Positions 38,988 through 49,246 of a stretch of 64,000 nt of DNA are shown here, piece after piece; position 1 is the first letter of the stretch, and every line of letters begins with the position of its first letter. A program made the translations under genes and the position numbers. Origin of the DNA: Candidatus Levybacteria bacterium RIFCSPHIGHO2_01_FULL_37_17 (GTDB taxonomy: Bacteria > Patescibacteriota > Microgenomatia > Levybacterales > UBA12049). The stretch lies in contig MFNL01000002.1 of assembly GCA_001782035.1 (NCBI GenBank), forward strand, positions 60,865 to 124,864, in the 5' to 3' direction. The notes beneath the pieces were generated by a model that was not told the origin of the DNA, made no database searches, and saw nothing but the letters and a program-made list of their open reading frames with translations.

Positions 38988-40335
38988 TTGTAAATTGGTA
39001 AGGGAAATATAAGAATATTGCCGGTGGATCATCAAGTAGATATTTCTGAAAATCTGCATAAATTTTTTTCCTCTCGCTGACGCTTAATTCTTGTCTTCCA
39101 TCTTCCAAAAGCTTGTCTATTCTTAAATTTCTATAATTTGAAATATTGTTTGATTGCTCGGAATGCCACAGGATATATTGATCTGGATCCTTGGATACGC
39201 TGTAGTCTCCAAGAAACATCTGAAATTCAGTTGGAAAAGACTCAACAGACTTAATATTAATTTTAATTCCTATTTTTCCCCATTCTTTTTGCAACTTTTG
39301 AGCAGTATCTTCGTATTTTTGTAGGGTTTTTAATTCTAATACTATATTCTTACTACTCTTGTAAGAATCGGACTCTTTTAAGAGTAAATTAGCATGCTCA
39401 AAATCTTGGTTATAGTTTGTTAAGTTTGTTTCATTTACCCATAGATTTGGAGAAAATGGGCCATAATTCCTTTTTCCTTCAGAAAAAACATCCGGGGTGG
39501 CATAGGATAATGCTTCACGAAGTCTTTTGTCCGAAAGCACTTTATCTTTAGTATTTAAAAAGACAGTTACCAAAAGTCTATCATTTAAATTTTTATCAAT
39601 TTTTATATTATTAAAGCTTCCAAAATTTTTATCTTGAAAATTTGTTTCATTTACGCCGATTGCCTTATCAACCTCACCCAAAACGAAAGCGCTTTTTAAA
39701 GCATCTTGCGTTGGGTAAAAATAATAACTTATTATGTTTTTTTCTTGACTTAAAGAGCGAAGACTTATTGACTGAACAAAGTTTCCGTTTAGGCTTATAG
39801 ACTGAACTTTATACGCTCCAAGTCCAGTCAAACCATTTTTAAAAATTGGCCTAGATACGGTAACTAAAAAAGGAGAGTACTTATTTTTTAACCTAAACAC
39901 AATTACGTTTTTATTTGGAGTCTGTGCTTTAACGTCAATAAAATTATAATTTATGTCCGATGAGGTAAGTAGTGTTGTATCGCTAAATTTAACATTATCT
40001 TTTAAGTAAAATATATAGGTTTTACCATCGTCTTTAATTTCCCACTTGTTAGCTGCTCCGGGTTTTACATTATAATTTGCATCAAGCGTGGTTAATCCGG
40101 TAGATATTTTGGAAGTAATAAAGCTTGGAAGTTCCGAAACAGTGTAGGCGCCTTCGACTCCAATTTTTTCTTCTTGAGTAAAAGGAAGCAGGGGAATGAA
40201 GTAATTCAGTCCATATCTAAGTAGAAAAAAGCCTAAAATTCCAATAATAAAAGACGCGAGTATCGTGCGTCTCCATCTTTTTACATATGCCCGCAAAAGC
40301 CAGAAAATTAATCTTTTTCGCTTCAAAAAAATCAT
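38974..40335 (-). CDS. extracellular solute-binding protein family 5 (Opp/Dpp-like), membrane-anchored
   Basis: N-terminal TM then an SBP_bac_5-like fold (NVKPGAANKWEIKDDGKTYIFYLKDNVKFSD). Confidence 0.5.
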   Translation of the reverse strand: MIFLKRKRLIFWLLRAYVKRWRRTILASFIIGILGFFLLRYGLNYFIPLLPFTQEEKIGVEGAYTVSELPSFITSKISTGLTTLDANYNVKPGAANKWEIKDDGKTYIFYLKDNVKFSDTTLLTSSDINYNFIDVKAQTPNKNVIVFRLKNKYSPFLVTVSRPIFKNGLTGLGAYKVQSISLNGNFVQSISLRSLSQEKNIISYYFYPTQDALKSAFVLGEVDKAIGVNETNFQDKNFGSFNNIKIDKNLNDRLLVTVFLNTKDKVLSDKRLREALSYATPDVFSEGKRNYGPFSPNLWVNETNLTNYNQDFEHANLLLKESDSYKSSKNIVLELKTLQKYEDTAQKLQKEWGKIGIKINIKSVESFPTEFQMFLGDYSVSKDPDQYILWHSEQSNNISNYRNLRIDKLLEDGRQELSVSERKKIYADFQKYLLDDPPAIFLYFPYQFTISRK

Positions 40336-40339
40336 AAAT

Positions 40340-40552
40340 TCAGGGGACTAGAAGAAGCAATGAAATAGTAGCAAAAGCAATAGTTGTTACAACCGTTGCC
40401 CCGATCAGAAACTTTTCAATGCTTCTTTTGCTTCTATAAAACTCTCCAACGCCTCCGAAAGCAGATGAGAGCCCACTCCCTTGCATTTGCAGGAGAATTA
40501 AAATAATAAGAAGTGAGGCAACAACTACTTCCAGGATTGTGAGAATAGGCAT
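40340..40552 (-). CDS. secG: preprotein translocase subunit SecG
   Basis: 70 aa with two TM helices and LLQMQGSGLSSAFGG, the SecG hallmark. Confidence 0.75.
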   Translation of the reverse strand: MPILTILEVVVASLLIILILLQMQGSGLSSAFGGVGEFYRSKRSIEKFLIGATVVTTIAFATISLLLLVP

Positions 40553-40587
40553 GGAACAATTATATATTTATAGAGGACTCATTTCAA

Positions 40588-40989
40588 CTATTCAATTAAC
40601 CAGTTAAGAAAGGAAACGCAAAGAGATTGAAGGAATGAAACCAAAACAAAAGCAAATAAGGTGTTAAAATAGATGGAAGGTATTACAAAGCCCGAGTAGG
40701 ACACTCCTGAAAAAGTAAAAGAGGTTATGCTTATCCCTATAACTAAAACTGTAAGAAGGTAAAAAATAATTACGTTGGTAAGAAAGGAGAAAAAACCAAG
40801 TGTAATAAGGTTAAGCGGCATGGAGAGAATATTTAAAACCGGCTTAAGCAATATAAATAGTATCGTAAGTGCAAATCCGCCGAATAAATAAGTAGCGATT
40901 CCACCATCTACCTTCACACCAGGAAGTATTTGTGACAAGAAAAAAATAGAAAATGCGTTAAACAAACTATTTCTTACAAAAGGTTTCAC
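40588..40989 (-). CDS. Phage_holin_4_2 / YvlD-family 4-TM membrane protein
   Basis: LPGVKVDGGIATYLFGGFALTILFILLKPVLNILSMPLNLITLGFFSFLTNVIIFYL matches the YvlD/holin-4 core (PG..VDG ... LP....TLG). Confidence 0.55.
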   Translation of the reverse strand: MKPFVRNSLFNAFSIFFLSQILPGVKVDGGIATYLFGGFALTILFILLKPVLNILSMPLNLITLGFFSFLTNVIIFYLLTVLVIGISITSFTFSGVSYSGFVIPSIYFNTLFAFVLVSFLQSLCVSFLNWLIE

Positions 40990-41029
40990 TAATTTATGCT
41001 AACAAGAAACGTTTTCTTCGTCAACCAAG

Positions 41030-42148
41030 TTGAAAAAAAAGCCTTTACACAGTATCATAAATTGGATGAATAATATTGTATGTCCCCATTGCGGCAAAAA
41101 CGTAGAATTAAACGAGGCTATTATCCACCAGTTATCCGCTCAGGTTCGAGAAGAAGAGGGACAAAAACTGAAAGCGGAGTTTGAGAAAGAAAGAGCAGAG
41201 TACATTGCAATGCAGGAAAAAAAATTAAGAGAAGAATTTGAAAAAGAAAGTAAGGCAAAAGAAAAAGAACTTTTAGAACTAGAAAAATTGCTTCAGAAAA
41301 AGGAGGAAGAAGCAGAAAATACTGCAGCAAAAATAAAGACTGAAGCAATTGAACAAGCCCAAAAGCAGACAAGACTTGAAAAATTGGAGCTTGAAAAAAA
41401 ACTTAATGATACCCAAAAAGCTTTAGAAAATGCTCAAAGAAAAGCAAAACAAGGCTCTCAGCAACTACAGGGTGAGGTATTAGAACTTGACTTAGAAGAA
41501 AAACTCAAAACAACTTTCACAGCCGATGAATTCTTGCCGGTTCCTAAGGGCGTTGAAGGTGGAGATTTGTGGCAAAAAATTATTCTAAAAGGCGAACTTG
41601 TCGGCTCGATTTTATGGGAAACAAAAAGAACAAAACAGTGGAGTAATTTATGGACAAGTAAGCTTAAAGAAGACGCGGGGAAAATAAACGCTTCTGAAGC
41701 TATTATTGTTTCCATAAGTTTACCCAACGGAGTAGGAAGCTTTGATAGGAAAGACGGTGTATGGATTACCACCTTCGAACATGCAATAAACATTGCAAGA
41801 TATGTAAGATTCTTAATAAGTACAGTCCATTCTGTTAAATCCTCTACTTCTCAAACAGATGAGGAATGGGGACAAATTAGGGATTACATGCTAAGTGATT
41901 CATTTAAGCACCGAATGCAAGCACATTTTGATGGAATAAAATCATTAAAGGATAGTTTGGATGCGGAAAAAAGAGCAACGATTTTACGATGGAAAAAACA
42001 GGAATCTCAAATTCAAAAATTAGACACTAACACTCTAAACTTTTATGGGGAACTAAAGGCAATAGCGCCTGATTTACCGGAGCTAAAGGGAGTTTCCACT
42101 CCACTTTTAGACAATGAGGCAGATGAAAACACAGAAACCCTCTTTTGA
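41030..42148 (+). CDS. DUF2130-family protein: N-terminal zinc ribbon, long Lys/Glu coiled coil, C-terminal DUF2130 core
   Basis: CPHCGKNVEL; coiled coil; QGEVLELDLEEKLKTTF...VPKGVEGGDLWQKI...GSILWETKRTKQWSNLWTSKLKED matches DUF2130. Confidence 0.55.
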   Translation: MKKKPLHSIINWMNNIVCPHCGKNVELNEAIIHQLSAQVREEEGQKLKAEFEKERAEYIAMQEKKLREEFEKESKAKEKELLELEKLLQKKEEEAENTAAKIKTEAIEQAQKQTRLEKLELEKKLNDTQKALENAQRKAKQGSQQLQGEVLELDLEEKLKTTFTADEFLPVPKGVEGGDLWQKIILKGELVGSILWETKRTKQWSNLWTSKLKEDAGKINASEAIIVSISLPNGVGSFDRKDGVWITTFEHAINIARYVRFLISTVHSVKSSTSQTDEEWGQIRDYMLSDSFKHRMQAHFDGIKSLKDSLDAEKRATILRWKKQESQIQKLDTNTLNFYGELKAIAPDLPELKGVSTPLLDNEADENTETLF

Positions 42149-42773
42149 GTTTGAGAAAAAGTATTGGGGTAACCACATAGATTATGTTATTGGAATTGAC
42201 GAGGTAGGACGTGGGGCCTTTGCGGGTCCAATTGTAGCAGCCGCAGTTGTTTTCTCTTCAAATATAAAAATAGGAGCTCTTGCTGAAATCAACGATTCAA
42301 AGCTTTTAAATTTCACTCAAAGAGCAAAATTAGCAAAACTCATTAAAGAATATGCATTATTTTGGGCAGTTGAGCAAATTGATATTGCCTATATAAATAA
42401 ATACGGGATAGGAAAAGCAAACTCGGCTGTATTTAGAAAGGTTTTGAAAAAATTACTAAAAAATATCAAAAGTTCAAATTACTCTATTTTAATTGACGGA
42501 TTTCATAGAAAATATTTACCGGGAGGACTAAGCAAGCAGCAAGGAATAGTAAAAGGTGACCAAAAAAGTTTATCAATCGCAGCAGCATCAATTCTTGCAA
42601 AAGTTTATAGAGATAACTTAATGAAAAAAGAGTCTAAACTATTTCCTAACTATAAATTTGCTAAAAACAAAGGTTATGGAACAAAGGAACACCGAGCGGC
42701 AATAATAAACTTCGGTACAACTCAAATTCATAGATCTTCCTACATTACTACCTGGCAAAATAATACAACCTAA
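42114..42773 (+). CDS. rnhB: ribonuclease HII
   Basis: VIGIDEVGRGAFAGPIVAAAVVF catalytic N-terminus. Confidence 0.85.
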   Translation: MRQMKTQKPSFEFEKKYWGNHIDYVIGIDEVGRGAFAGPIVAAAVVFSSNIKIGALAEINDSKLLNFTQRAKLAKLIKEYALFWAVEQIDIAYINKYGIGKANSAVFRKVLKKLLKNIKSSNYSILIDGFHRKYLPGGLSKQQGIVKGDQKSLSIAAASILAKVYRDNLMKKESKLFPNYKFAKNKGYGTKEHRAAIINFGTTQIHRSSYITTWQNNTT

Positions 42774-43528
42774 TGAGAGAAAATAAAGTAAAAATAAAAA
42801 ACAAAATGGGGGAAGAATTGGTAGGGATTGAAGTTCTACCTAATGAAGAAAGTAAATTCCCAGTCGTTATCCTAGTTCATGGATTTCACTATTTTAAGGA
42901 GGAAGATGGAATGTTTATTGAGATTAGTAAAAGACTGACAGATATTGGAATAGGATCGTATCTATTTGATTTTTCTGGTTGTGGAGAAAGCGAAGGGGAC
43001 TATTCAAATACAAGTCTTAGCAAACTGAGAAACGATCTAGAATCGATCATGGAATTTGTGAAAAGCAAAAGGTCAACGGACATTTTAAGACTTGGTATTC
43101 TTGCTCAATCTTTTGGGACGACAGTAACCGTAGCGCTTTCTCCACATATAAAATCCTTAGTACTAATGGGGGCTTTCATAAACCCAAAGCAAGTCTTTAA
43201 AAAATACTTCGGCACTAAATACAATCCGGACGGAATAACAATTAAACATCACGATGATGGCAGGATAACAACTATAAATGCCCAATTTTGGCAAGATTTT
43301 AAAAATTACGATATGGTTTCTTTACTAAAAAATATGCATTCCCCATTACTTTTAATTTACGGTTCGAATGATGAAACTGTTCCAATATCTTCTATTGAAG
43401 ACGTATACAAGAATGCTAACGACCCGAAAGAAAAAATCATAATAGGGGGAGCGGATCACGGCCTGCAACCTAAAAGAGATGAGGTTTACACTATCGTAAC
43501 AAAGTGGTTTAAAAAAACTCTTTTCTAG
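42773..43528 (+). CDS. alpha/beta-fold hydrolase
   Basis: VVILVHGF...; nucleophile elbow AQSFG; C-terminal GADHG. Confidence 0.6.
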   Translation: MRENKVKIKNKMGEELVGIEVLPNEESKFPVVILVHGFHYFKEEDGMFIEISKRLTDIGIGSYLFDFSGCGESEGDYSNTSLSKLRNDLESIMEFVKSKRSTDILRLGILAQSFGTTVTVALSPHIKSLVLMGAFINPKQVFKKYFGTKYNPDGITIKHHDDGRITTINAQFWQDFKNYDMVSLLKNMHSPLLLIYGSNDETVPISSIEDVYKNANDPKEKIIIGGADHGLQPKRDEVYTIVTKWFKKTLF

Positions 43529-43592
43529 GCTTCAACCACATACCTCGAGAAATGTTTTATTAAGTACGCTTATCTGATAAAATATCACTTAG

Positions 43593-43665
43593 GCGCCTGT
43601 AGCTCAATGGATAGAGCACTTCGCTTCGGACGAAGGGGTTGGGGGTTCGACTCCCTTCAGGCGCG
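43593..43665 (+). tRNA. tRNA-Arg (TCG)
   Basis: GCGCCTGTAGCTCAATGGATAGAGCACTTCGCTTCGGACGAAGGGGTTGGGGGTTCGACTCCCTTCAGGCGCG. Confidence 0.8.
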
Positions 43666-43689
43666 CTTCGCTTCGCTCAGCGTAAACGC

Positions 43690-43968
43690 ATGAAATGGTA
43701 TGTTTATATTCTCAAATGTAAAGATAGTAGTTTATATACCGGTATAACTACCAATGTAAATAGAAGAATAAATGAGCACAACTCAAAAAAGGGAGCGAAG
43801 TCTTTATTGGGAAAATTACCGGTAAAATTATTGTATAATGAGGTGTTCGACAATCAAATTAAAGCAGCTAAACGTGAAAGAGAAATCAAAGGATGGCGAA
43901 GGGAAAGAAAATTGGAATTAGTTAAACGGGTTTACCCTGAAAAGGTAAAACCTTTGAAGGGCCGCTAG
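43690..43968 (+). CDS. GIY-YIG nuclease superfamily protein (UPF0213/YhbQ-like)
   Basis: MKWYVYILKCKDSSLYTGITTNVNRRINEHNS..GAK...REREIKGW. Its stop TAG lies inside the 5' end of the downstream tRNA-Lys. Confidence 0.7.
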   Translation: MKWYVYILKCKDSSLYTGITTNVNRRINEHNSKKGAKSLLGKLPVKLLYNEVFDNQIKAAKREREIKGWRRERKLELVKRVYPEKVKPLKGR

Positions 43969-44031
43969 CTCAACTGGCAGAGCATCTCCCTCTTAAGGAG
44001 ACGGTTCGGCGTTCGACTCGCCGGCGGCTCA
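43959..44031 (+). tRNA. tRNA-Lys (CTT)
   Basis: GGGCCGCTAGCTCAACTGGCAGAGCATCTCCCTCTTAAGGAGACGGTTCGGCGTTCGACTCGCCGGCGGCTCA. Confidence 0.85.
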
Positions 44032-44051
44032 CAATTTCGCTTTGTAGAAAT

Positions 44052-45089
44052 ATGTTTAAAAAAATTCGTAAATTTGCACTTGCCCACAAGAGATTACTGG
44101 TGCCAGTAATAATTGTAATACTTGTTACAACCTTTCTACTTTTACCTAAAAACGGACAAGAAATTTTAACCGAACAGGTTTCAAAAAAAGATATTGCTAA
44201 AACAGTGTCTGTGACAGGCGATGTTGATGCTGATACAAGTGTAAACCTCACTTTTAAAACTGCCGGGAAATTAGTTTATTTGGGAGCCAAGGAAGGTGAT
44301 TTTATCGAGGCCTATCAAACAATTGCCACATTAGACCAACAAACTGCACTAAAAAGCTTAAAAGGATCACTGCTCGACTATTCAATTCAGAGAAATACAT
44401 TTGAATCGACACAAGATACATACCAAGACAGGAAGCCATATCAAGCTCTTAATGATGAGATGAAAAGAATTCTTGAAAATAATCAATACAATTTAGATAA
44501 AGCTATAAATTCCGTGGAATTACAAGAGCTCTCAAGAAGGGAGTCGATATTGACAACTCCTATTGCCGGAATCGTAACTAGAGCGGATGTAAAAGTTGCC
44601 GGAGTAAACATAACAACAGCCACCACTTATACTGTTACCGATCCATCTTCTCTTAATTTCAAAATGGAAGTTGACGAAGCAGATATTGGAAAAGTGGTAG
44701 ATGGACAAGAGGTTAAGATAACTTTTGACTCCTTTCCGGATTCTGAAATTAACTTAGCTATAGATAGCATTGATTTCGTAAGCCACAAGACCTTATCAGG
44801 TGGCAACGCATTTTACGTAAAAGCTCAAATCCAAGATCCATCTAAATATCGAGTCGGAATGAGCGGAAATGCCGACATTATCATAGATAAAAGAAGTAGC
44901 GTCTTAACGGTTAATATTTCAAGTATATTCGATGATAACTTTGTGTATGTAGAAAAAAATGGAAAATTTGAAAAAAGAAAAATAAAACTAGGACTGGAAA
45001 GCGACATAGACGCAGAAGTTTTATCTGGGCTGAGCTTAGGTGAGAAAGTAGCGCTTGATCCAAATACTGTTCCTCAAAATGCCAAATAA
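44052..45089 (+). CDS. efflux transporter periplasmic adaptor subunit (HlyD/MacA-like)
   Basis: N-terminal TM, coiled coil, and a beta-barrel region (TPIAGIVTRADVKVAGVNI). Confidence 0.7.
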   Translation: MFKKIRKFALAHKRLLVPVIIVILVTTFLLLPKNGQEILTEQVSKKDIAKTVSVTGDVDADTSVNLTFKTAGKLVYLGAKEGDFIEAYQTIATLDQQTALKSLKGSLLDYSIQRNTFESTQDTYQDRKPYQALNDEMKRILENNQYNLDKAINSVELQELSRRESILTTPIAGIVTRADVKVAGVNITTATTYTVTDPSSLNFKMEVDEADIGKVVDGQEVKITFDSFPDSEINLAIDSIDFVSHKTLSGGNAFYVKAQIQDPSKYRVGMSGNADIIIDKRSSVLTVNISSIFDDNFVYVEKNGKFEKRKIKLGLESDIDAEVLSGLSLGEKVALDPNTVPQNAK

Positions 45090-45756
45090 CGACTACATTA
45101 TAGAAATTAAAGACGTTACTAAGATATATAAAGCCGATGGGGTAGAAACAATTGCTTTAAATGGTATAAATCTTAAATTAAAAAGGGGTGATTTTTTGGC
45201 TATAACCGGAAGATCGGGTAGTGGAAAATCAACTCTAATGCATATTATTGGACTCCTAGATAAACCGACTTCAGGCGTATATTTTTTAAATGGAACAGAC
45301 GTTTCTAAATTTGATGAAGATAAGCTGGCTCTTTTAAGAAACAAATCATTAGGCTTTGTATTTCAATCTTTTAATTTACTCCAAAGAACAACTGCTGTTG
45401 AAAACGTTTGTCTTCCGGCGGTATATGCTGGAATACCCGAAAATGAAAGAATGCAAAAGGCAAGAGTACTTTTAGACGAATTAGGGCTTTTGGAACAATC
45501 AAACAAAAAGCCAAATCAAATGTCTGGAGGGCAGCAACAAAGAGTTGCCATTGCAAGAGCTTTAATAAATGATCCATCAATAATTCTTGCAGATGAGCCT
45601 ACTGGAAATTTGGACACAAAATCAGGTAAAGATGTAATGAAGATTTTAAAAAGTTTGAATAAAAACGGAAAGACAATAATTCTTATAACTCACGAACAAG
45701 ATATAGCTATGCAAGCAAAAAAAATCCTCCATCTTGAGGATGGAAAAATAAACTAA
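45055..45756 (+). CDS. ABC transporter ATP-binding protein (MacB/LolD type)
   Basis: Walker [11 protein letters not shown], signature [15 protein letters not shown], Walker [12 protein letters not shown]. Confidence 0.85.
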   Translation: MIQILFLKMPNNDYIIEIKDVTKIYKADGVETIALNGINLKLKRGDFLAITGRSGSGKSTLMHIIGLLDKPTSGVYFLNGTDVSKFDEDKLALLRNKSLGFVFQSFNLLQRTTAVENVCLPAVYAGIPENERMQKARVLLDELGLLEQSNKKPNQMSGGQQQRVAIARALINDPSIILADEPTGNLDTKSGKDVMKILKSLNKNGKTIILITHEQDIAMQAKKILHLEDGKIN

Positions 45757-46946
45757 TGGATATAAAAGAACTATTAAAACTTTCACTTCGAGCTATAACG
45801 GCGAATAAGCTAAGAAGTTTTTTAACTACTCTTGGAATTGTTATTGGAGTTTTCTCCATAATTGTTTTGGTCTCAATAGGCTCGGGAATTAACAGCTATG
45901 TTACAACTCAAATATCATCACTTGGTTCAAATATATTTGAAGTTCTACCAGGTGGTGAGGGAAACGTATTTGGTGGTATTCTTTCTGCTAATTTAAAACT
46001 CCAGGACTCCGAGAATGTGCAAAGGAACTTAACTGGAATTGGAAAAGTAACGCCTCTTCTGCAACAAGCAGCAATTATTAAATATAAAAATATAAAAATA
46101 AAGGATGCTTTTGTTGGAGGAGTCAGTTATCAATACCCGGAGGTTGTGACCAGTTTAAAAATGAAATACGGAATTTTTTTTACAAAAAGCCAACAGCTTT
46201 CTGGAGCCCCAACTGTTGTGCTGGGATATAAAATTAATGAGAAATTTTTTAAAAATCAAAATTCGGTAGGTAATAAAATATATGTGGGAGAAAAACAGTA
46301 CAGAATTGTTGGCGTAGCAGATAAAACCGGTACTGCTTTAGGCACTTTTGATAGGGATAATATTGTTTATATACCTGTTGAACAAGCCCAATCCCAGTTT
46401 GGTACTTCATACATTAGACAAATAGTGGTGTCTGCAAACAGCAAGGAATTAATGCCACTTGCTATTAAAAGAGTGGAGGCTACTCTTTTAAAAAGACTTA
46501 CTAAAGACGATTTTTCTATAGAAACTGCAGAATCTATTTCGGAGACTATTACAAACGTTACAAATGTTTTATCTTTAGCTTTGGGCGGAATTGCTGCGAT
46601 ATCGCTTCTGGTCGGAGGAATAGGGGTTGCAAATATAATGCTCGTATCAGTAACCGAAAGAACTCGAGAAATTGGATTACGCAAAGCTTTGGGAGCAAAA
46701 AGGTCAGATATACTTAAACAATTTTTGTTGGAATCAGTACTAATATCTGTAACGGGTGGATTAATAGGTATAGCTTTAGGAATAGCTGCGTCGTTAATAA
46801 TTGCGCGCTTGCTGGTTTCAACCGTAACTCCATGGTCGGTATTTATCGCTTTTGGATTCTCTGTACTTGTTGGAGTAATTTTTGGAATGGCACCTGCAAT
46901 AAGAGCATCAAAGCTAAATCCAATAGAAGCTTTAAGATATGAATAA
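45756..46946 (+). CDS. ABC transporter permease, FtsX-like (MacB type)
   Basis: MacB periplasmic domain plus four-TM FtsX C-terminus (ERTREIGLRKALGA). Confidence 0.8.
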   Translation: MDIKELLKLSLRAITANKLRSFLTTLGIVIGVFSIIVLVSIGSGINSYVTTQISSLGSNIFEVLPGGEGNVFGGILSANLKLQDSENVQRNLTGIGKVTPLLQQAAIIKYKNIKIKDAFVGGVSYQYPEVVTSLKMKYGIFFTKSQQLSGAPTVVLGYKINEKFFKNQNSVGNKIYVGEKQYRIVGVADKTGTALGTFDRDNIVYIPVEQAQSQFGTSYIRQIVVSANSKELMPLAIKRVEATLLKRLTKDDFSIETAESISETITNVTNVLSLALGGIAAISLLVGGIGVANIMLVSVTERTREIGLRKALGAKRSDILKQFLLESVLISVTGGLIGIALGIAASLIIARLLVSTVTPWSVFIAFGFSVLVGVIFGMAPAIRASKLNPIEALRYE

Positions 46947-47853
46947 ATATTACTCTCTAGTTAAATATCTAATCGGCTGGCCGTTATCTCTGGTTGCCCT
47001 TGTTTTTGTCGCAAGAATTATTTATTCAAATTCAAGCGTAGCTTTTAAATCAATTGAACAAGTAAATTATTTTTTACTGGCAATAGGCATACTTTTATTC
47101 GTATTCTTTTTCTTTTTAAAAGCTTATACATGGAAGCTTTTACTTGGGGAGAAGGGGAAAACTTTGTCCTTTAGGAAAAATGCTTTTTACTTGGCTACCG
47201 CAGAGTTAAAAAGGTATATTCCCGGAAACATTTGGGGTTTTGCAGCAAGAGCTACAATTTTTGAAAATAATAATTTATCAAAAAGAGAAGTTTTCTCTTA
47301 TATTATTAAGGAATCTGTGCTTTTTTCTTTATCCTCTCTTATCATATCTTTAGTTTATATATTAAGCTCCGAGTCTACTCCGGGCATTAAGTTAACGGTT
47401 CTTTCCTTTACTACAATAGCTACTATTCTTTTTTTGTTAGGGAAGCATATTTACTATGCGCTGAACTTTAATTTACTCAAGAAAATAATTCATCTTCTGA
47501 TCCCTACTTATTCATTTTTAGAAAACTTTAAAATTCTATCTTGGAGTATTTTATCCTTCATTTTATTCGGAATTGGAACTTATTTTTCTATTATTTCTAT
47601 TTTCTCTCTAGATTTTAGTAAAATTTTAATCTTTGTTGGTATTTTTAACTTGTCTTTTTTTATCGGATATATTAGCTTAATCACCCCTATGGGTCTTGGG
47701 GTAAGAGAGGGAGCTATGACACTTTTACTTTCTTCTTTCTTAAGTGCTACTTCGGCTGCGGTGGCGTCTATTTTTTCAAGAGTTATTTTTATCGTTTCCG
47801 AATTATTAACTCTTTTTATTATTTATATTTGGAATAAAGTAAGTCCTAAATAA
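46939..47853 (+). CDS. flippase-like / LPG_synthase_TM (UPF0104) membrane protein
   Basis: Multi-TM protein with ITPMGLGVREGAMTLLL motif. Confidence 0.55.
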   Translation: MNKYYSLVKYLIGWPLSLVALVFVARIIYSNSSVAFKSIEQVNYFLLAIGILLFVFFFFLKAYTWKLLLGEKGKTLSFRKNAFYLATAELKRYIPGNIWGFAARATIFENNNLSKREVFSYIIKESVLFSLSSLIISLVYILSSESTPGIKLTVLSFTTIATILFLLGKHIYYALNFNLLKKIIHLLIPTYSFLENFKILSWSILSFILFGIGTYFSIISIFSLDFSKILIFVGIFNLSFFIGYISLITPMGLGVREGAMTLLLSSFLSATSAAVASIFSRVIFIVSELLTLFIIYIWNKVSPK

Positions 47854-49108
47854 AACTAGACCTCGTAGTATCGGCAAGTTTTGTGCGCTCGAACTTGTCA
47901 GCCATGTATCCATTGGGAACAGTTGTAAGCTTATCTGCATATAGAAGAAAACCATTTCTTATAGTATGATCTCCAAATTTATCATTAAGCCTATCAATTG
48001 CTTTTAATAGATTATGGGTTTTCTTTTCATTCTCAAAGAGAGTTAGAGTTGTATTTGAAGAATTTATTAAGCTTGACGCCCCTATGCTTATTCTTCTTAT
48101 ATAATCTTCTGAGTCTAAAATAAAATTGTGTTCGGAAAGAATAAGATTGCAGATATTAAATAAGTCTTTTCCGCTTTCAAAATACTCCGTAACTGTTTTG
48201 CGGGCGTGTACATTTTTTGTCCCTCCAAGATAAATAAATGCGGTTTTGGCTTGTTTGTTTAGCCTTCTGAGCTTTAGGGCTATTTCTTCACAAAGTTCAT
48301 AAACGTTTTGAAAAATAACTCGCTTGTCGTATTCGTTATGAGGCAGGCAATAATTCCTTCCAATAGATTTAACTTCTTCCTCAAGAAAGTATGGAATAAC
48401 GCTTCTTTCATCAATTCCAAAAGCTAACATTTGCAAAAAGTCTGCTTCAACATTTCCAAACTCCTTTTTAAGTGTGTTCGTTGGCATGTCTCGAAGCTGT
48501 AGAAAATTATATATACCTAATTTATTAAGCCTTATTGCTATTCGATCTCCTATCCCACAAACATCTGTGAGTTTTATTTTACTGTAAACCTCATCTAGGT
48601 TTTCTTTTTCAATTTCAAAAACTCCATTTGGCTTATTTATTCCAGATCCAAGTTTTGCCAAAAGTTTATTGTAAGAAATTCCAATAGAAACGGTTATATA
48701 TTCTCCGATTTCATTTTTTATTCTTTCTTTAATTGCTTTAACAATTCCTTCTTTTCCTCCAAATAAATGCTCTGAATTGGTAATGTCGATAAAAACCTCA
48801 TCCAGTGAAAAAAGCTCAACATATGGGGAATAATCTTTGCATATATTTAAAAATTTTTGGGTTATTTCCCAGTATTTTGTAAAATGGGCTGGGACGAAAG
48901 TCATATTGGGAACAATTTGCAATGCTTCCCATGTAACGCTAGGGGATTTGATGCCTAGTTTTTTAGCCTCTTTTGAAGCTGCAATTATGCAGGTACGACC
49001 ATTTGTTGCAGTAACGCCAATAGGAATTCCACGCAAATTTGGATTAAATTGCTGTTCGCAGGATGCAAAGTATGAATCAAAATCGATATGAAGGATTAAA
49101 CGGTTCAT
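47846..49108 (-). CDS. dinB: DNA polymerase IV (Y-family); the start is probably the Met of MNRLILHIDFDSYFASCEQ
   Basis: Y-family N-terminus (ILHIDFDSYFASCE) and palm/fingers conservation (SIGISYNKLLAKL). Confidence 0.8.
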   Translation of the reverse strand: MNRLILHIDFDSYFASCEQQFNPNLRGIPIGVTATNGRTCIIAASKEAKKLGIKSPSVTWEALQIVPNMTFVPAHFTKYWEITQKFLNICKDYSPYVELFSLDEVFIDITNSEHLFGGKEGIVKAIKERIKNEIGEYITVSIGISYNKLLAKLGSGINKPNGVFEIEKENLDEVYSKIKLTDVCGIGDRIAIRLNKLGIYNFLQLRDMPTNTLKKEFGNVEADFLQMLAFGIDERSVIPYFLEEEVKSIGRNYCLPHNEYDKRVIFQNVYELCEEIALKLRRLNKQAKTAFIYLGGTKNVHARKTVTEYFESGKDLFNICNLILSEHNFILDSEDYIRRISIGASSLINSSNTTLTLFENEKKTHNLLKAIDRLNDKFGDHTIRNGFLLYADKLTTVPNGYMADKFERTKLADTTRSSFI

Positions 49109-49246
49109 AATTATAAAAGTAACCAATAAATATAAGTTCTGAGGATCTTTCTTAGAATTCTAACGGGCAGCATAAGTTAAGAATAGTAGAACTTTATACG
49201 AAAATCAATAGAATTAAATACAACAATCTAGGTCAATATTTAAATC

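Noticed and set aside
41150-41460. Highly repetitive Lys/Glu-rich coding stretch (EKEKE..., KLELEKKL)
   Set aside because: It is the coiled-coil segment of the DUF2130 protein, a low-complexity coding region, not a DNA repeat element.
43970-44251. 93-aa minus-strand ORF
   Set aside because: It is antisense to tRNA-Lys(CTT) and to the start of the MacA-like gene, so it is spurious.
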